The notes under the pieces were generated by a model, which was given only the letters and a program-made list of their open reading frames with translations, searched no databases and was not told where the DNA came from. The position numbers and the translations under genes are program-made. A DNA stretch of 63,074 bases, counting the filler, from Octopus bimaculoides (lineage: Eukaryota), in assembly GCF_001194135.2 (NCBI RefSeq). It is 7 parts of 7 records of this genome, joined end to end, with 100 filler letters (N's around TTAATTAATTAA, not from the genome) between each part and the next. Parts side by side here need not be neighbours in the genome. Positions count along the whole stretch, not along the records: positions 23,317 to 28,987 come from NC_069001.1; positions 29,088 to 35,550 come from NW_026309667.1; positions 35,651 to 42,932 come from NC_068984.1; 4 more parts are not named here. One strand, 5' to 3'. How positions within the stretch are numbered: position 1 is the first letter of the stretch; every line of letters begins with the position of its first letter. Shown piece after piece: positions 26,531 to 37,862 of this stretch.

Positions 26531-26687
26531 CTGTTGACAAAATAGAACACAGATGAAAAGACAATAATTTTTGGCAGATAAACTGTAGTGGTGGTCATTA
26601 GCTATTGTAATTATACACTCTGATAAAAATCACAGAACGGACTAGATTGAAATGCAGGGTAGTATAGATATAAATTTGTTGTAAAGA

Positions 26688-26737
<50 letters not shown>

Positions 26738-26742
26738 ATACA

Positions 26743-26807
<65 letters not shown>

Positions 26808-27156
26808 GCATATATATATGTATGTATATACATGTTTATACCCAAACATACATATAATGATAGAATATTGCTTGTACGATGTTTGTAGCATATTGTGTGC
26901 AATATATTATATTGTGTTGGTTTGGTTTCGTTGAAATTATTTTTAATAAATTAAACTTGAAATAACTGAATATCATTAGATATTCTTGTATTTCTTCATT
27001 TTTTCTGTGTTTGTATTAATTGCACACTTCTTTGATTGTTTTTGTTGCTATGTACTTTCACACTTTGTTTGGAACACACTTTTCCCCCTTGTTTGTATCG
27101 CTTTCTTTGATTGGTTATCTACTCTTAATCATAATTTTAACCCGTTATTTGTGTGC

Positions 27157-27195
<39 letters not shown>

Positions 27196-27729
27196 GTGCA
27201 TGTAGATTTATATAAGGGAAGCACCCAATGCTACAGTTACTGACAGATTGCCTCCCTTTACTCATTCAGACCTTTCGTCATCGTCATCATCATCATCATC
27301 GTTTAGCATCCGTTTTCCATTCTGGCATGGGTTGGATGGTTTGACTGAGGTCTTGAGAGCCAGCGGTTGCACCAAGCTCCAATCTAAGTCTTTGTTTTAC
27401 CCGTTAGGTCACGAATTTTCGTTTGCACTTTCTTATAAACAAGATGACTGAGCTGTCATTAATATTTTCCCCACTACTATTCAATAACTGCGATATTGCT
27501 CGCATGAAACCATTGATATCTTATTCAATGCAGTCTTCTAGTTAAGAAAAATATATTAATCCGCCTATGAGGTATTGACCGCTTGCTTTCTAGTTTGTAA
27601 CTTACGTTTACGTGAGTGTGTATGTGAAATTTAGATTGTAAAGGGGAATGCATTCCTAATCGAATAAAATTCTACAATTTTTTTTTGCAGATATGCTTCG
27701 ATATACCAAGACTGAAGTTTTGGACTTAC

Positions 27730-27884
27730 AAGTTGTAAAGAACTATATCAGGATACCAAATATTTTGCACAGGAATTCGGATATTTTCTTGGTTGTTGTA
27801 TTCACTGGGCTTCCAATGAAATCTGGCATCGTCCCAGGTTTTTGTGAGATATCCATGGATTTTAAATGTCATCGAATGTTCATC
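27730..27884 (-). CDS. nAChR-like subunit exon (loop D region to loop A)
   Basis: Acceptor t-rich caatAG and donor TT|gtaagt, phase 0 in and phase 2 out. Translates DEHSMTFKIHGYLTKTWDDARFHWKPSEYNNQENIRIPVQNIWYPDIVLYN, containing the WxPDIxLYN loop A motif. Not reported as such by the ORF track. Confidence 0.95.
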
Positions 27885-28699
27885 CTATTGAAAAAAAAAA
27901 AGAAAAATCAAATGTAGGAAGCATTGGTAAGGAATTAGTGGGAGAAAGAAAGAAAGAAAAGACATGGATTTGGAGAAGGAGAAGAAGAAAGAAAGGTGGT
28001 GATTGTAGTGGTTGTGGAAGAAGAAGAACGATCGTCGATGTTGGTGGAGAAGATATTCGTAAAAGGTTTTCCATTTAAACTGAATTTAAAGTAATTAATT
28101 TCTTATTAATTTCTTTATTGACCACAAGGGGCTAAACATAGAGGGGACAAACAAGGAGAGACAAAAGAATTAAGTCGATTACATCTTCCCTAGGGCGTAA
28201 CTGGTACTTAATTTATCGACGCCGAAAGAATCAAAGGCAAAGTCGACCTCGGCGGAATTTGAACTCCGAACGTAACGGCAGACGAAGGGTACCAATAAAT
28301 GCTTTATTCTTATCACTCTCTTTAGTTGTGGGCCGCAGGCCAATTAGGCCCTCCGCAGGAACTCTCAAAAGTCCACAAGGAGTGTGTCGTTTAAGTTAGT
28401 ATGTATATATATATATATATACAAATATATAATGATTACGCTTAGATATAGTGATACCAAAACTACCTGTTTATAGCTCAACAGACTTTTATGTCACAGC
28501 AAATTAGTAAGGTCCTGAACTGTGGCGAGGCTGCATAAATATTTTAGTTGTTTTCCGCTCCACTGGACTCATATATAAACCAGCAAGTCATTAGAGAGAG
28601 AGAGAATGAGAGAGAGTACAGATTGATGACTAAATTAATGATACAAGAATTGGTAGTTACGGAGAAAGAGAGAGAGAGAAAGAGAAATAAAGAGGTTAC

Positions 28700-28851
28700 C
28701 AGGTCAACAGTATGTGGAGAAAGTTGCAAGTTAACGAGAACCGGTCCGTTGACGGAAGGTCTGACGTGTCGGTTGTAATTCGTGAGGAGGGTGTGGTACA
28801 AATGTCCTTCTGTTTCAATCAACGTTAAATTCGGTTTTGCCTTCAGCCATT
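28700..28851 (-). CDS. nAChR-like (Cys-loop) subunit, first visible exon (N-terminal helix, beta1-beta2)
   Basis: Acceptor tttgcaacAG (phase 1) and donor CTG|gtaacc (phase 0). Translates (E)WLKAKPNLTLIETEGHLYHTLLTNYNRHVRPSVNGPVLVNLQLSPHTVDL, matching the nAChR LYxxLLxNYNxxxRP motif. The signal-peptide exon was not found. Confidence 0.93.
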
Positions 28852-28987
28852 CTGTTGCAAAATAAACAAATAAATAAATAAATAAATAAATAATAAACAA
28901 TACAGTATGACATTAAGAGATACACGTTTATATTTTATACATACGTACATATATATATATATACCACATCGTTTTCTCTCTCTCTCT

Positions 28988-29087
28988 NNNNNNNNNNNNN
29001 NNNNNNNNNNNNNNNNNNNNNNNNNNNNNNNTTAATTAATTAANNNNNNNNNNNNNNNNNNNNNNNNNNNNNNNNNNNNNNNNNNNN
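28988..29087. other. Artificial 100-bp scaffold spacer
   Basis: 44 N + TTAATTAATTAA + 44 N. Confidence 0.95.
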
Positions 29088-29147
29088 ACATGTGCACAAC
29101 TTAAACATTGTGAGTGTACATATAAATATGTTCAGGAATGTGTGTAC

Positions 29148-29190
<43 letters not shown>

Positions 29191-29409
29191 ATACTCTTTT
29201 ACTTGTTTCAGTCATTTGACGCATTGGTGCTGATGCCACATTAAAAGCATCATGGAGGGTACCACATTAGAAGCACTGGTGCTGGTGCCACATAAAAAAA
29301 AACATCCAGTACACTATAAAGCGTATTATATACATCTGCACCAACCGTGTTGTTGTGTTCCAAATATTGTCCTGTTTCAACTCTGATCTCTTTCTTCTCT
29401 CCATTTCAG

Positions 29410-29505
29410 ACATAGTCCTGCTCTAAGCTATTCACCACCGAGTCCCCATCTCAACCAGTCCCTGTATTCCGGCTCCCTGCGAGATGGTGACCACCACACA
29501 AAACG
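29410..29505 (+). CDS. Unidentified plus-strand gene, candidate internal exon A
   Basis: Long polypyrimidine tract + ttcAG; the donor ACG|gtactt is weak. 96 nt, phase 2/2, open: HSPALSYSPPSPHLNQSLYSGSLRDGDHHTK(R). In frame with the exon at 33360. Confidence 0.5.
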
Positions 29506-30130
29506 GTACTTCCTCCTCACTGTCTTCTCTCTTTTGTTGGTCTGCTGCATGCTTGTTGGGCCCTCCCCGCTCGTTGTCTACCTGCCTGAGTCCCTTATAA
29601 ATAACTCTTGTCCATGTCCGTGTGTCCCCCTTCTCTTGTCACCATCACTGTCTACTTGCGTCGTGTCAGTATTATTGTCCCCCCCCTGTGTGCCCCTTTA
29701 CTTGTTTGCTGTCTCACTGTCCACCTGTTGCAACATTTGTCTTGGCTGTCCACCTATTAAAGTGTTTGTCTCCTGTCACCTTGTCTTGCACTCATTTGTT
29801 GGCCACTTGTCAGCCGTTGTCCACCCTGTCTCCCATCGTTCCTTGTCAACCTAAGTATCCACCTGTCAACCTGTCAACCTCAGTGTCCACCTTTGTGTCA
29901 CCTGTCAGCATGGCTGTCTGCATGTGCCTCTTGTCAGCATTAGTGTCCACCTGTCTACGCATCCTCTTGTCAACATCAGTGTCCATCAGTGTGGCCACTT
30001 CTATCAGCATGACTGTCTACACGTTCCCGTTGTCCACTTGTCAGCATTAGTGTCCTCATAACTCCCCCCTATCAACCTCAGTGTTTATCTGCATGTCACC
30101 TGTCAGCATGACTGTCTAACATTACCTCTC

Positions 30131-30342
30131 GTCAGCATCAGTGTCCACCTGTGTCTCCCTTCCTGTCCACATCACTGTCTGCATGTACCTCCTATTCACT
30201 TCTCAGCATCAATGTCCACCTGTGTCTCCCTTCCTGTCCACATCACTGTCTGCATGTACCTCCTATCCACTTATCAGCATCAATGTCCACCTGTGTCTCC
30301 CTTCCTGTCCACATCACTGTCTGCATGTACCTCCTATCCACT
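30131..30342. repeat. 71-bp minisatellite running into an N gap
   Basis: cagcatca recurs at 30133, 30204 and 30275 with near-identical units. More diverged units extend back to about 29850. Confidence 0.92.
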
Positions 30343-31776
30343 NNNNNNNNNNNNNNNNNNNNNNNNNNNNNNNNNNNNNNNNNNNNNNNNNNNNNNNNNN
30401 NNNNNNNNNNNNNNNNNNNNNNNNNNNNNNNNNNNNNNNNNNNNNNNNNNNNNNNNNNNNNNNNNNNNNNNNNNNNNNNNNNNNNNNNNNNNNNNNNNNN
30501 NNNNNNNNNNNNNNNNNNNNNNNNNNNNNNNNNNNNNNNNNNNNNNNNNNNNNNNNNNNNNNNNNNNNNNNNNNNNNNNNNNNNNNNNNNNNNNNNNNNN
30601 NNNNNNNNNNNNNNNNNNNNNNNNNNNNNNNNNNNNNNNNNNNNNNNNNNNNNNNNNNNNNNNNNNNNNNNNNNNNNNNNNNNNNNNNNNNNNNNNNNNN
30701 NNNNNNNNNNNNNNNNNNNNNNNNNNNNNNNNNNNNNNNNNNNNNNNNNNNNNNNNNNNNNNNNNNNNNNNNNNNNNNNNNNNNNNNNNNNNNNNNNNNN
30801 NNNNNNNNNNNNNNNNNNNNNNNNNNNNNNNNNNNNNNNNNNNNNNCCCCCCCCCCCGTCTACATTTATCCAGTGATGTACCCCTCTGCCATGTTAGGAT
30901 TGCAATCCCCCATGCTGTCAGTTCACGTTTGTTTTTGTATTGTTCCTGTCTGTCTGTTTGTCAGACAGCTTGTTTCTTGGAGAGTCTGTCCTCTTGTTGA
31001 TAAGCCTGTCCCCTGTCCCTTTGTCTGTCTTTGTCACAGCTTATCTATATGTCCCCTTATTGGCTGTTTAGTGTGTCTCCACCAGTCTGTCACTCTTTAT
31101 CATATATATATATTTATGTTTATGTCTGTATATGTAAATGTGTTTAGGTATATATATATATTTATGTGTGTGTGTGTGTGTGTGTGTAAATGTGTATAAA
31201 TATGCATATACATGAATATGTATATAGGCATGTGTGTTTGTGTGTGTGTGTGTAAATATATATATATATATATAATCATCGCTATAAGAGGTTTATATTC
31301 TCAAATTGACTATATATATGTATCTGTGTATATATATATGTATGTGTGTGTGTATATATATATGTGTGTATATATATATGTATATGTATAGATATGTGTA
31401 TGTATGTATATATATATATATGTATATTTATATATGTATGTGTGTGTGTTGGCGTTAGGAAGGGCATCCAGCTGTAGAAACTCTGCCAAATCAGATTGGA
31501 GCCTGGTGTAGCCATCTGGTTCATCAGTCCTCAGTCAAATCGTTCAACCCATGCTAGCATGGAAAGCGGACGTTAAACGATGATGATGATGATGATATTG
31601 GTTAGTGAGATCCAACAGGTTGGTCACAGTTGGATCTTTGTTGATGATAGGCAGCCTCTGTTGAGGTGGCAACTCATTCATCAGACAGGGAAATATTGTG
31701 GGGGTCCCTAAGGAAATTGGATAGGCTTACACATGCACACACAGATATACAGACATGTGTTACACACACACATACA

Positions 31777-31826
<50 letters not shown>

Positions 31827-33359
31827 TGTGAGTGACTGTCACACACTGTTTACATAAATAATTGTGGGTGTATACATGTAACACTAAAAATAAACTGTTT
31901 GTGTATTTTAGTAAGTGTGCCGATGGGTGTATATAAATGTTGTGTGTGTGTGTGTGTATCTATACGTACATATGCATACCAGCACACGCATACCAGCACA
32001 CGCATACTAAGACACACTCACACTTTCACACACTGAGCCAGTGTTTAAACAGGTGTCAAGTTTTCAACACAAACCAGGCACCGATATAAAAATATATACA
32101 GACATACGTTTGTATATGTGTGTGTGTGTGTGTGTGAAGAGACAGATGTGGACATGTATATATAAAAGTGTTGATAGATGCACATGTGAGTGAGTGTGTA
32201 TGATTATATATATGTGATGTGTAATTGAAGTCTATATGTATATATAGGTGGAGGCGTGGCTATCTGGTAAAATGTTTGCCTCCCAACCACATGGCTCCGG
32301 GTTCAATCCCACTGAAGCACGCCGAGGAGGTATCTTCTATTATAGCCTCAAACCAGTCAAAAAGCCTTGTGAATGGATTTGGTAGATGGAAACTAAAAGA
32401 AGCCCCATTGTAAACATGTGTATTTGTCTGCCACTATTACTTGAGAAACTGGTGATGTGGTGTGTTTACAGCCCCATAACTTAGCTGTTCAGCAAAGGAG
32501 ATTGGTAGAATATTTATATTTCATCATCGTCATTATCATCATCATCATTTAACATCTGCTTTCCATGCTGGCATGGGTTGGACGCTTTGACATAGAGCTG
32601 GCTAGGCAGAAGACTGCACGTGGCTCCACTGTATCTGTTTTGGCAGGGTTTTTAGGGTTGGGTGCCCTTACTAACACCAGTCACTCCGCAGAGAGGAATA
32701 GTGAAAGCTGTCTGATAAGAAGTTCCCTTCCCAATCACATGGTTCCAGGTTCAGTCCCACTGCATGACACCTTGAGTAAGTGTCATCTATTTTAGACCTG
32801 GCATTATAAGTGGATTTGATAGAGGAGAGAAATGAAAGAAGCCCTTCGTGTGTGTGTGTGTGTGTGTGTAGTGCAAAGATTAGAAATAGCATGAAAAATG
32901 CGTTGTAAAACAGTGTATTAGTTTTATGCTCTGGAAAAATAGAAGGAAAAGTCTTTTACATTTTGAGTATACACTCATCTACAGAAAGAATAGACGAGGG
33001 GAGAAAAAAAATGAAGGAAGAAAAGAACAAGCATACGTCAATTAGATGGCATCCGCATACTGAAATGACTGGAAGAGGAAGAGGTTGCTATATCTATGTG
33101 TGCCTATGTGTGACCAGTGTTTGTTTTTGTTCCTGTAACTTAGCAGTTCAATGAAAGAAATTAATAGAATATGTAAAAGTCTTTCGAAAAAAAAGAAAAA
33201 AAAAAAATTCTTGGGTCACTTCATTTGAGTAAAACTCTTCGAAACAGTGCCCCAGAATGGCTGCACTCCAATGACTGAAACAAGTAAAAGAGGTTTGGAT
33301 GATTTTGCACTGATCTTCTCAGCTTCCTATTATTTCTCTCCTACTCTCTCCATCCACAG

Positions 33360-33404
33360 AAAAGAAAATCCAGAGACAAAAAAATCTGCAACTACAAAAG
33401 ACAG
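33360..33404 (+). CDS. Unidentified plus-strand gene, internal exon B
   Basis: Strong acceptor (ctctctccatccacAG) and strong donor CAG|gtgagt. 45 nt, phase 2/2: KENPETKKSATTKD(R). Confidence 0.7.
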
Positions 33405-33495
33405 GTGAGTCCATCTTTATATTCATATTGTTACCGTTGTTGTTTCTGAAAGTGGTTGCCCCAACATGGCCACTGTCTAATGACTGAAACAAGTA

Positions 33496-33913
33496 GGCAC
33501 AGGAGTGGCTGTTTGGTAAGTAGCTTGATTACCAAACCACATGGTTCCGGGTTCAGTCCCACTGCATGGCACCTTGGGCAAGTGTCTTCTACTATAACCT
33601 CGGGCTGACCAAAGCCTTGTTAGTGGATTTGGTAGATGGGAACTGAAAGGCCATCATATATATATATATATATACACACACACATACATACATATATATG
33701 TGTGTGTGTATGTTTGTGTGTCTGTGTTTGTTCCCCCAACATCGCTCGACAACTGATGCTGGTATGTTTACATCGCCATAACTTAGTGGTTCGGCAAAAG
33801 AAACCGATAGAATAAGTACTAGGCTTGCAAAGAATAAGCCCTGGGGTCGATTAGCTTGACTAAAGGCGGTGCTCCAGCATGGCTGCGTTCAGATGACTAA
33901 AACAAGTAAAAGA
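33496..33913 (+). mobile_element. SINE family B, full-length, intronic
   Basis: Same head, CORE-like segment and tail as 17697-18117. It lies between exons B and C of the plus-strand gene. Confidence 0.88.
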
Positions 33914-34558
33914 ATATGTGTGTGTGTGTGTGTGTNNNNNNNNNNNNNNNNNNNNNNNNNNNNNNNNNNNNNNNNNNNNNNNNNNNNNNNNNNNNNNNNN
34001 NNNNNNNNNNNNNNNNNNNNNNNNNNNNNNNNNNNNNNNNNNNNNNNNNNNNNNNNNNNNNNNNNNNNNNNNNNNNNNNNNNNNNNNNNNNNNNNNNNNN
34101 NNNNNNNNNNNNNNNNNNNNNNNNNNNNNNNNNNNNNNNNNNNNNNNNNNNNNNNNNNNNNNNNNNNNNNNNNNNNNNNNNNNNNNNNNNNNNNNNNNNN
34201 NNNNNNNNNNNNNNNNNNNNNNNNNNNNNNNNNNNNNNNNNNNNNNNNNNNNNNNNNNNNNNNNNNNNNNNNNNNNNNNNNNNNNNNNNNNNNNNNNNNN
34301 NNNNNNNNNNNNNNNNNNNNNNNNNNNNNNNNNNNNNNNNNNNNNNNNNNNNNNNNNNNNNNNNNNNNNNNNNNNNNNNNNNNNNNNNNNNNNNNNNNNN
34401 NNNNNNNNNNNNNNNNNNNNNNNNNNNNNNNNNNNNNNNNNNNNNNNNNNNNNNNNNNNNNNNNNNNNNNNNNNNNNNNNNNNNNNNNNNNNNNNNNNNN
34501 NNNNNNNNNNNNNNNNNNNNNNNNNNTTTTTTTTTTTTTTTTTTCTTTCTTTCTACAG

Positions 34559-34645
34559 ACCCAAAAAATCCTCTTTAAGCATGTCAAATGAGAAACCAGC
34601 TGAATGTACTGACACATCGAATGATAAAGAATCCGGCATCATCAA
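34559..34645 (+). CDS. Unidentified plus-strand gene, internal exon C
   Basis: Poly-T tract + ctacAG and donor CAA|gtgagt. 87 nt, phase 2/2: PKKSSLSMSNEKPAECTDTSNDKESGII(K). Confidence 0.72.
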
Positions 34646-35236
34646 GTGAGTAGGCTCCCCAATCTCAGGCCATTTGGTCTCATATGAGACGTATCGGCAC
34701 AGCTGTTTTGGCCCTGCCGCTATATGGCGGCACTGATTCAGCTCTGACTTGTATGATATCAGACACCCTAACATTTCTCTTGTTCTCTCTGTTTATTTGT
34801 GCAAATAGACTCCATGTTAATCATGTCCACTCGATAATGTGTAATGTACGTGTGTGTGTGTGTATGTTTATTTGTCTGTGACTATACATGTGTGTGTGTG
34901 TGTGTGTCTATCTGTATGTAAGTGATTGTATATGTGTGTATGAGTATGTCAATTTGTATGTAAGTGATTATACGTGTGTGTGTGTGTGTATGTCTATTTG
35001 TAAGTGATTGTACATGTGTGTGTGTATGTCTATCTGTATGTAAGTGATTGTACATGTGTGTGCGTATAGCCATCTGGTTCACCAGTCCTCATGGAAAGCG
35101 GACGTTAAACGATGATGATGATGCTGTTTGCGTATGTCTATTTGTATGTAAGTGATTGTGTATGTGTGTATGTGTGTGCATTTATACACCCAGTCCTGTA
35201 TCCATCCTCATATATGCCTCTAAATTGTTGTTTCAG

Positions 35237-35323
35237 AAAACGAAAGTCTCACCTGACACCTACCAGTGCCAAACTGTATGAGTGGACCGATTCCCCAGAT
35301 GATGAATGTACTTCTCTTAGCCC
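35237..35323 (+). CDS. Unidentified plus-strand gene, internal exon D
   Basis: Acceptor ttgttgtttcAG and donor CCC|gtatgt. 87 nt, phase 2/2: KRKSHLTPTSAKLYEWTDSPDDECTSLS(P). The three exons 33360-35323 splice into one stop-free frame. Confidence 0.72.
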
Positions 35324-35550
35324 GTATGTAAAAAATCTTTAATTTACACACACACACTTATTCAAACACGAATTTAAAATTCTTTAATATAATCATATTA
35401 CCAAATATTCAAAGCAAAAAAAAAAATATTCATTCAACTTCAATCACACGTTAGTTTTTAAAACTCTTCCAAATATGTTGGCACTCCGTCGCTTACGACG
35501 TCGAGGGTTCCAGTTGATCCGATCAATGGAACAGCCTGCTCGTGAAATTA

Positions 35551-35650
35551 NNNNNNNNNNNNNNNNNNNNNNNNNNNNNNNNNNNNNNNNNNNNTTAATT
35601 AATTAANNNNNNNNNNNNNNNNNNNNNNNNNNNNNNNNNNNNNNNNNNNN
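35551..35650. other. Artificial 100-bp scaffold spacer
   Basis: 44 N + TTAATTAATTAA + 44 N. It truncates a family C SINE. Confidence 0.95.
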
Positions 35651-36984
35651 TATATATATATATATATATATATCTATGTGTGTGTGTGTGTATCAAAACA
35701 AATACACAACCAAAAGATCTACTGATAGTTTCATTCTATTATGATACTTGAAGAGGCATATTTATAAAATATGCCATGTATCTTAAAACAAGCTTTCATG
35801 CTCTTTTTATGCATTATATATAATTTTCAAAAACAAAGTGTGTTCTACATGGGTAGAAATATAGAAGAAAGAAGTTGAAAATGCACCAAGATTCATTTAA
35901 ATAAAATCATTTAATAGGCAAATTTGATGCCTGCATGCACAGACACAAACCATAACTATTCAGTCACTAGACTACATGGAAACAATTCCTGTTCACTCTA
36001 CCACTTGACAGATTAAATTTAGAGAACCTTATTCTGAGACTGTCACTAGACATGTTCATTCAACTGTATCAATCTTGATTTTCAGGACAAAAAATATTGT
36101 CACATATTAATAGGGAAGTAGTAGGAAACCTACAAAAATTTTAAAGATTACTACTGATCACAAAATCTTTCTCTACTACACCTGACAGATAATTTTGAGA
36201 CAGCCCTGACTGCTAAGGATTGTCACTAGACATGCTCACTCAACCATGACAGTTTTAACTAACAACACCAAACATATTGTCACATGGCATTAAAGAAAAG
36301 ACATAGTGGAGACTTTGCAAAAATTTCTGAACCTGATCTCATGATCATCCTGGACCAATCAAAACATATCCAAAATAGATATGTTTGATTGTTTATTGTA
36401 TGACATTGTAGGGTAGGTGTGAGATGCTAGATCTGGCCAGTCTGAACATAGAACAGGTAGAGTATTTGGGACTGACATGTTTGGTTTGAATATAAAATGG
36501 TTAATCATGTTACATTCTTTTCACTCTAGCAAATTTATCTACCCACCCTTCTGTTCATCTATCCTACCCCCCTCTCTCTCTCTCTCATATTTCCCTTATA
36601 CATTGACCTTACATGCTCTCTCTCTCTCTCTCTCTCTCCCTCTCTAGATGGGGAAGCCATGTTTCACCTGTTCAGTAAGAAATTTGTTCCTGTCACTACT
36701 CTATCATACTTTCATACCACATTCAGTTGAGGGGTTTTGTCTTGCAAGTGATCTCACCAATGCTGGTACCACAAACACTCTGTGAAGTGGTTGGCATTAG
36801 GAAGGGTATTTAGCTGTAGAAACCATGCTGCAGCAAAAACTAGAGCTTGGCATAGTCCTCTGGTTCATTAGTTCATGCTGAACCATTCAACTCATGCTGT
36901 GGAAAAAGGAGATTAAATGATGATGATGATATATACACATACACATATATGGTCCTGTGTAAGTATGTATGTATATGTATGTGA

Positions 36985-37018
<34 letters not shown>

Positions 37019-37379
37019 GCATACATACAGAAACACACACACAAATATATATGTATATACATATATATATGTATACACAGATAAATGGGCATAAACATGT
37101 ACATATATACATATATATACTTCCCACACCTACCACCCCTCCTTACTCCCCCCCAATCACGTGACTGATATCTTGTCCACCACATAGTTGATTTCCTGTT
37201 CACTACACAGTTGATTTCCTGGTCTCCATGTAGTATTTCCTATCTAATCGTTGTTGCTGAAATACTAACACCAATACGGTGTGACATTTCTCAACCGTTG
37301 CAGGCTAATGTCCAGTAATAAACATTGACTCTCAGGCAATATGATATGCTTAAGAACTGTTGAGACAACTAAAACCAAT

Positions 37380-37862
37380 ATCGTAGGTGTCACCAGTGCC
37401 CCCTGGCTGGCTACCATGCTGCTGACACATAAAAGCACCATCTGAACATGGTTTATGCCAGGTCCACCTGACTGGCTGTCATGCCGGTGGCATGTAAAAA
37501 GCACCATCCAAATGTGGCTGATGCCAGTACCCACTGACTGACTCCTGTGCTGGTCGCATGTAAAAAGCACCATCTGAACATGGCTGATGCCCATATCCAC
37601 TGACTGGCCCCAGTGCTGGTGGCATGTAAAAAGCATTATCTGAATTTGATTGATGCTAGCCCCACCTGACTGGCTCCTGTGCCTGTGGCACGTAAAAGGC
37701 ACCCACTACACTCTTGGAGTGGTTGGTATTAGGAAGAGCATTCAGCTGTAGAATCATTGCCAGATCAGATTGGAGCCTGGTGCAGCCAATGGCTCTCTAG
37801 ACCTCAGTCAAACCGTCCAACCCATGCCAGAATGGAAACGGATGTTAAACGATGATGATGAT
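37380..37862 (+). mobile_element. Retroposon 3' segment (family D) with an internal 66-bp tandem array and a (gat)n tail
   Basis: The tail ttggt.ttaggaag.gcat.cagctgtag...ccatgc.agcatgga.a..gga.gttaaacgatgatgatg also occurs at about 31449-31595, 36770-36930 and 40560-40700, and in reverse at about 27290 and 32550. Confidence 0.7.
37420..37705. repeat. 66-bp tandem repeat, about 4.5 diverged units
   Basis: aaaagcacc recurs with its g at 37435, 37501, 37567, 37633 and 37699. Confidence 0.9.

Noticed and set aside
27693-27917. Plus-strand ORF MLRYTKTEV...
   Set aside because: It is the antisense shadow of the nAChR exon 27730-27884.
37265-37702. 145-aa minus-strand ORF with 22-aa repeats (FTCHxHxxQS), and a possible CRISPR-like periodicity
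   Set aside because: It is just the 66-bp tandem array inside a multi-copy retroposon. There are no unique spacers, no splice or start support, and the context is eukaryotic.
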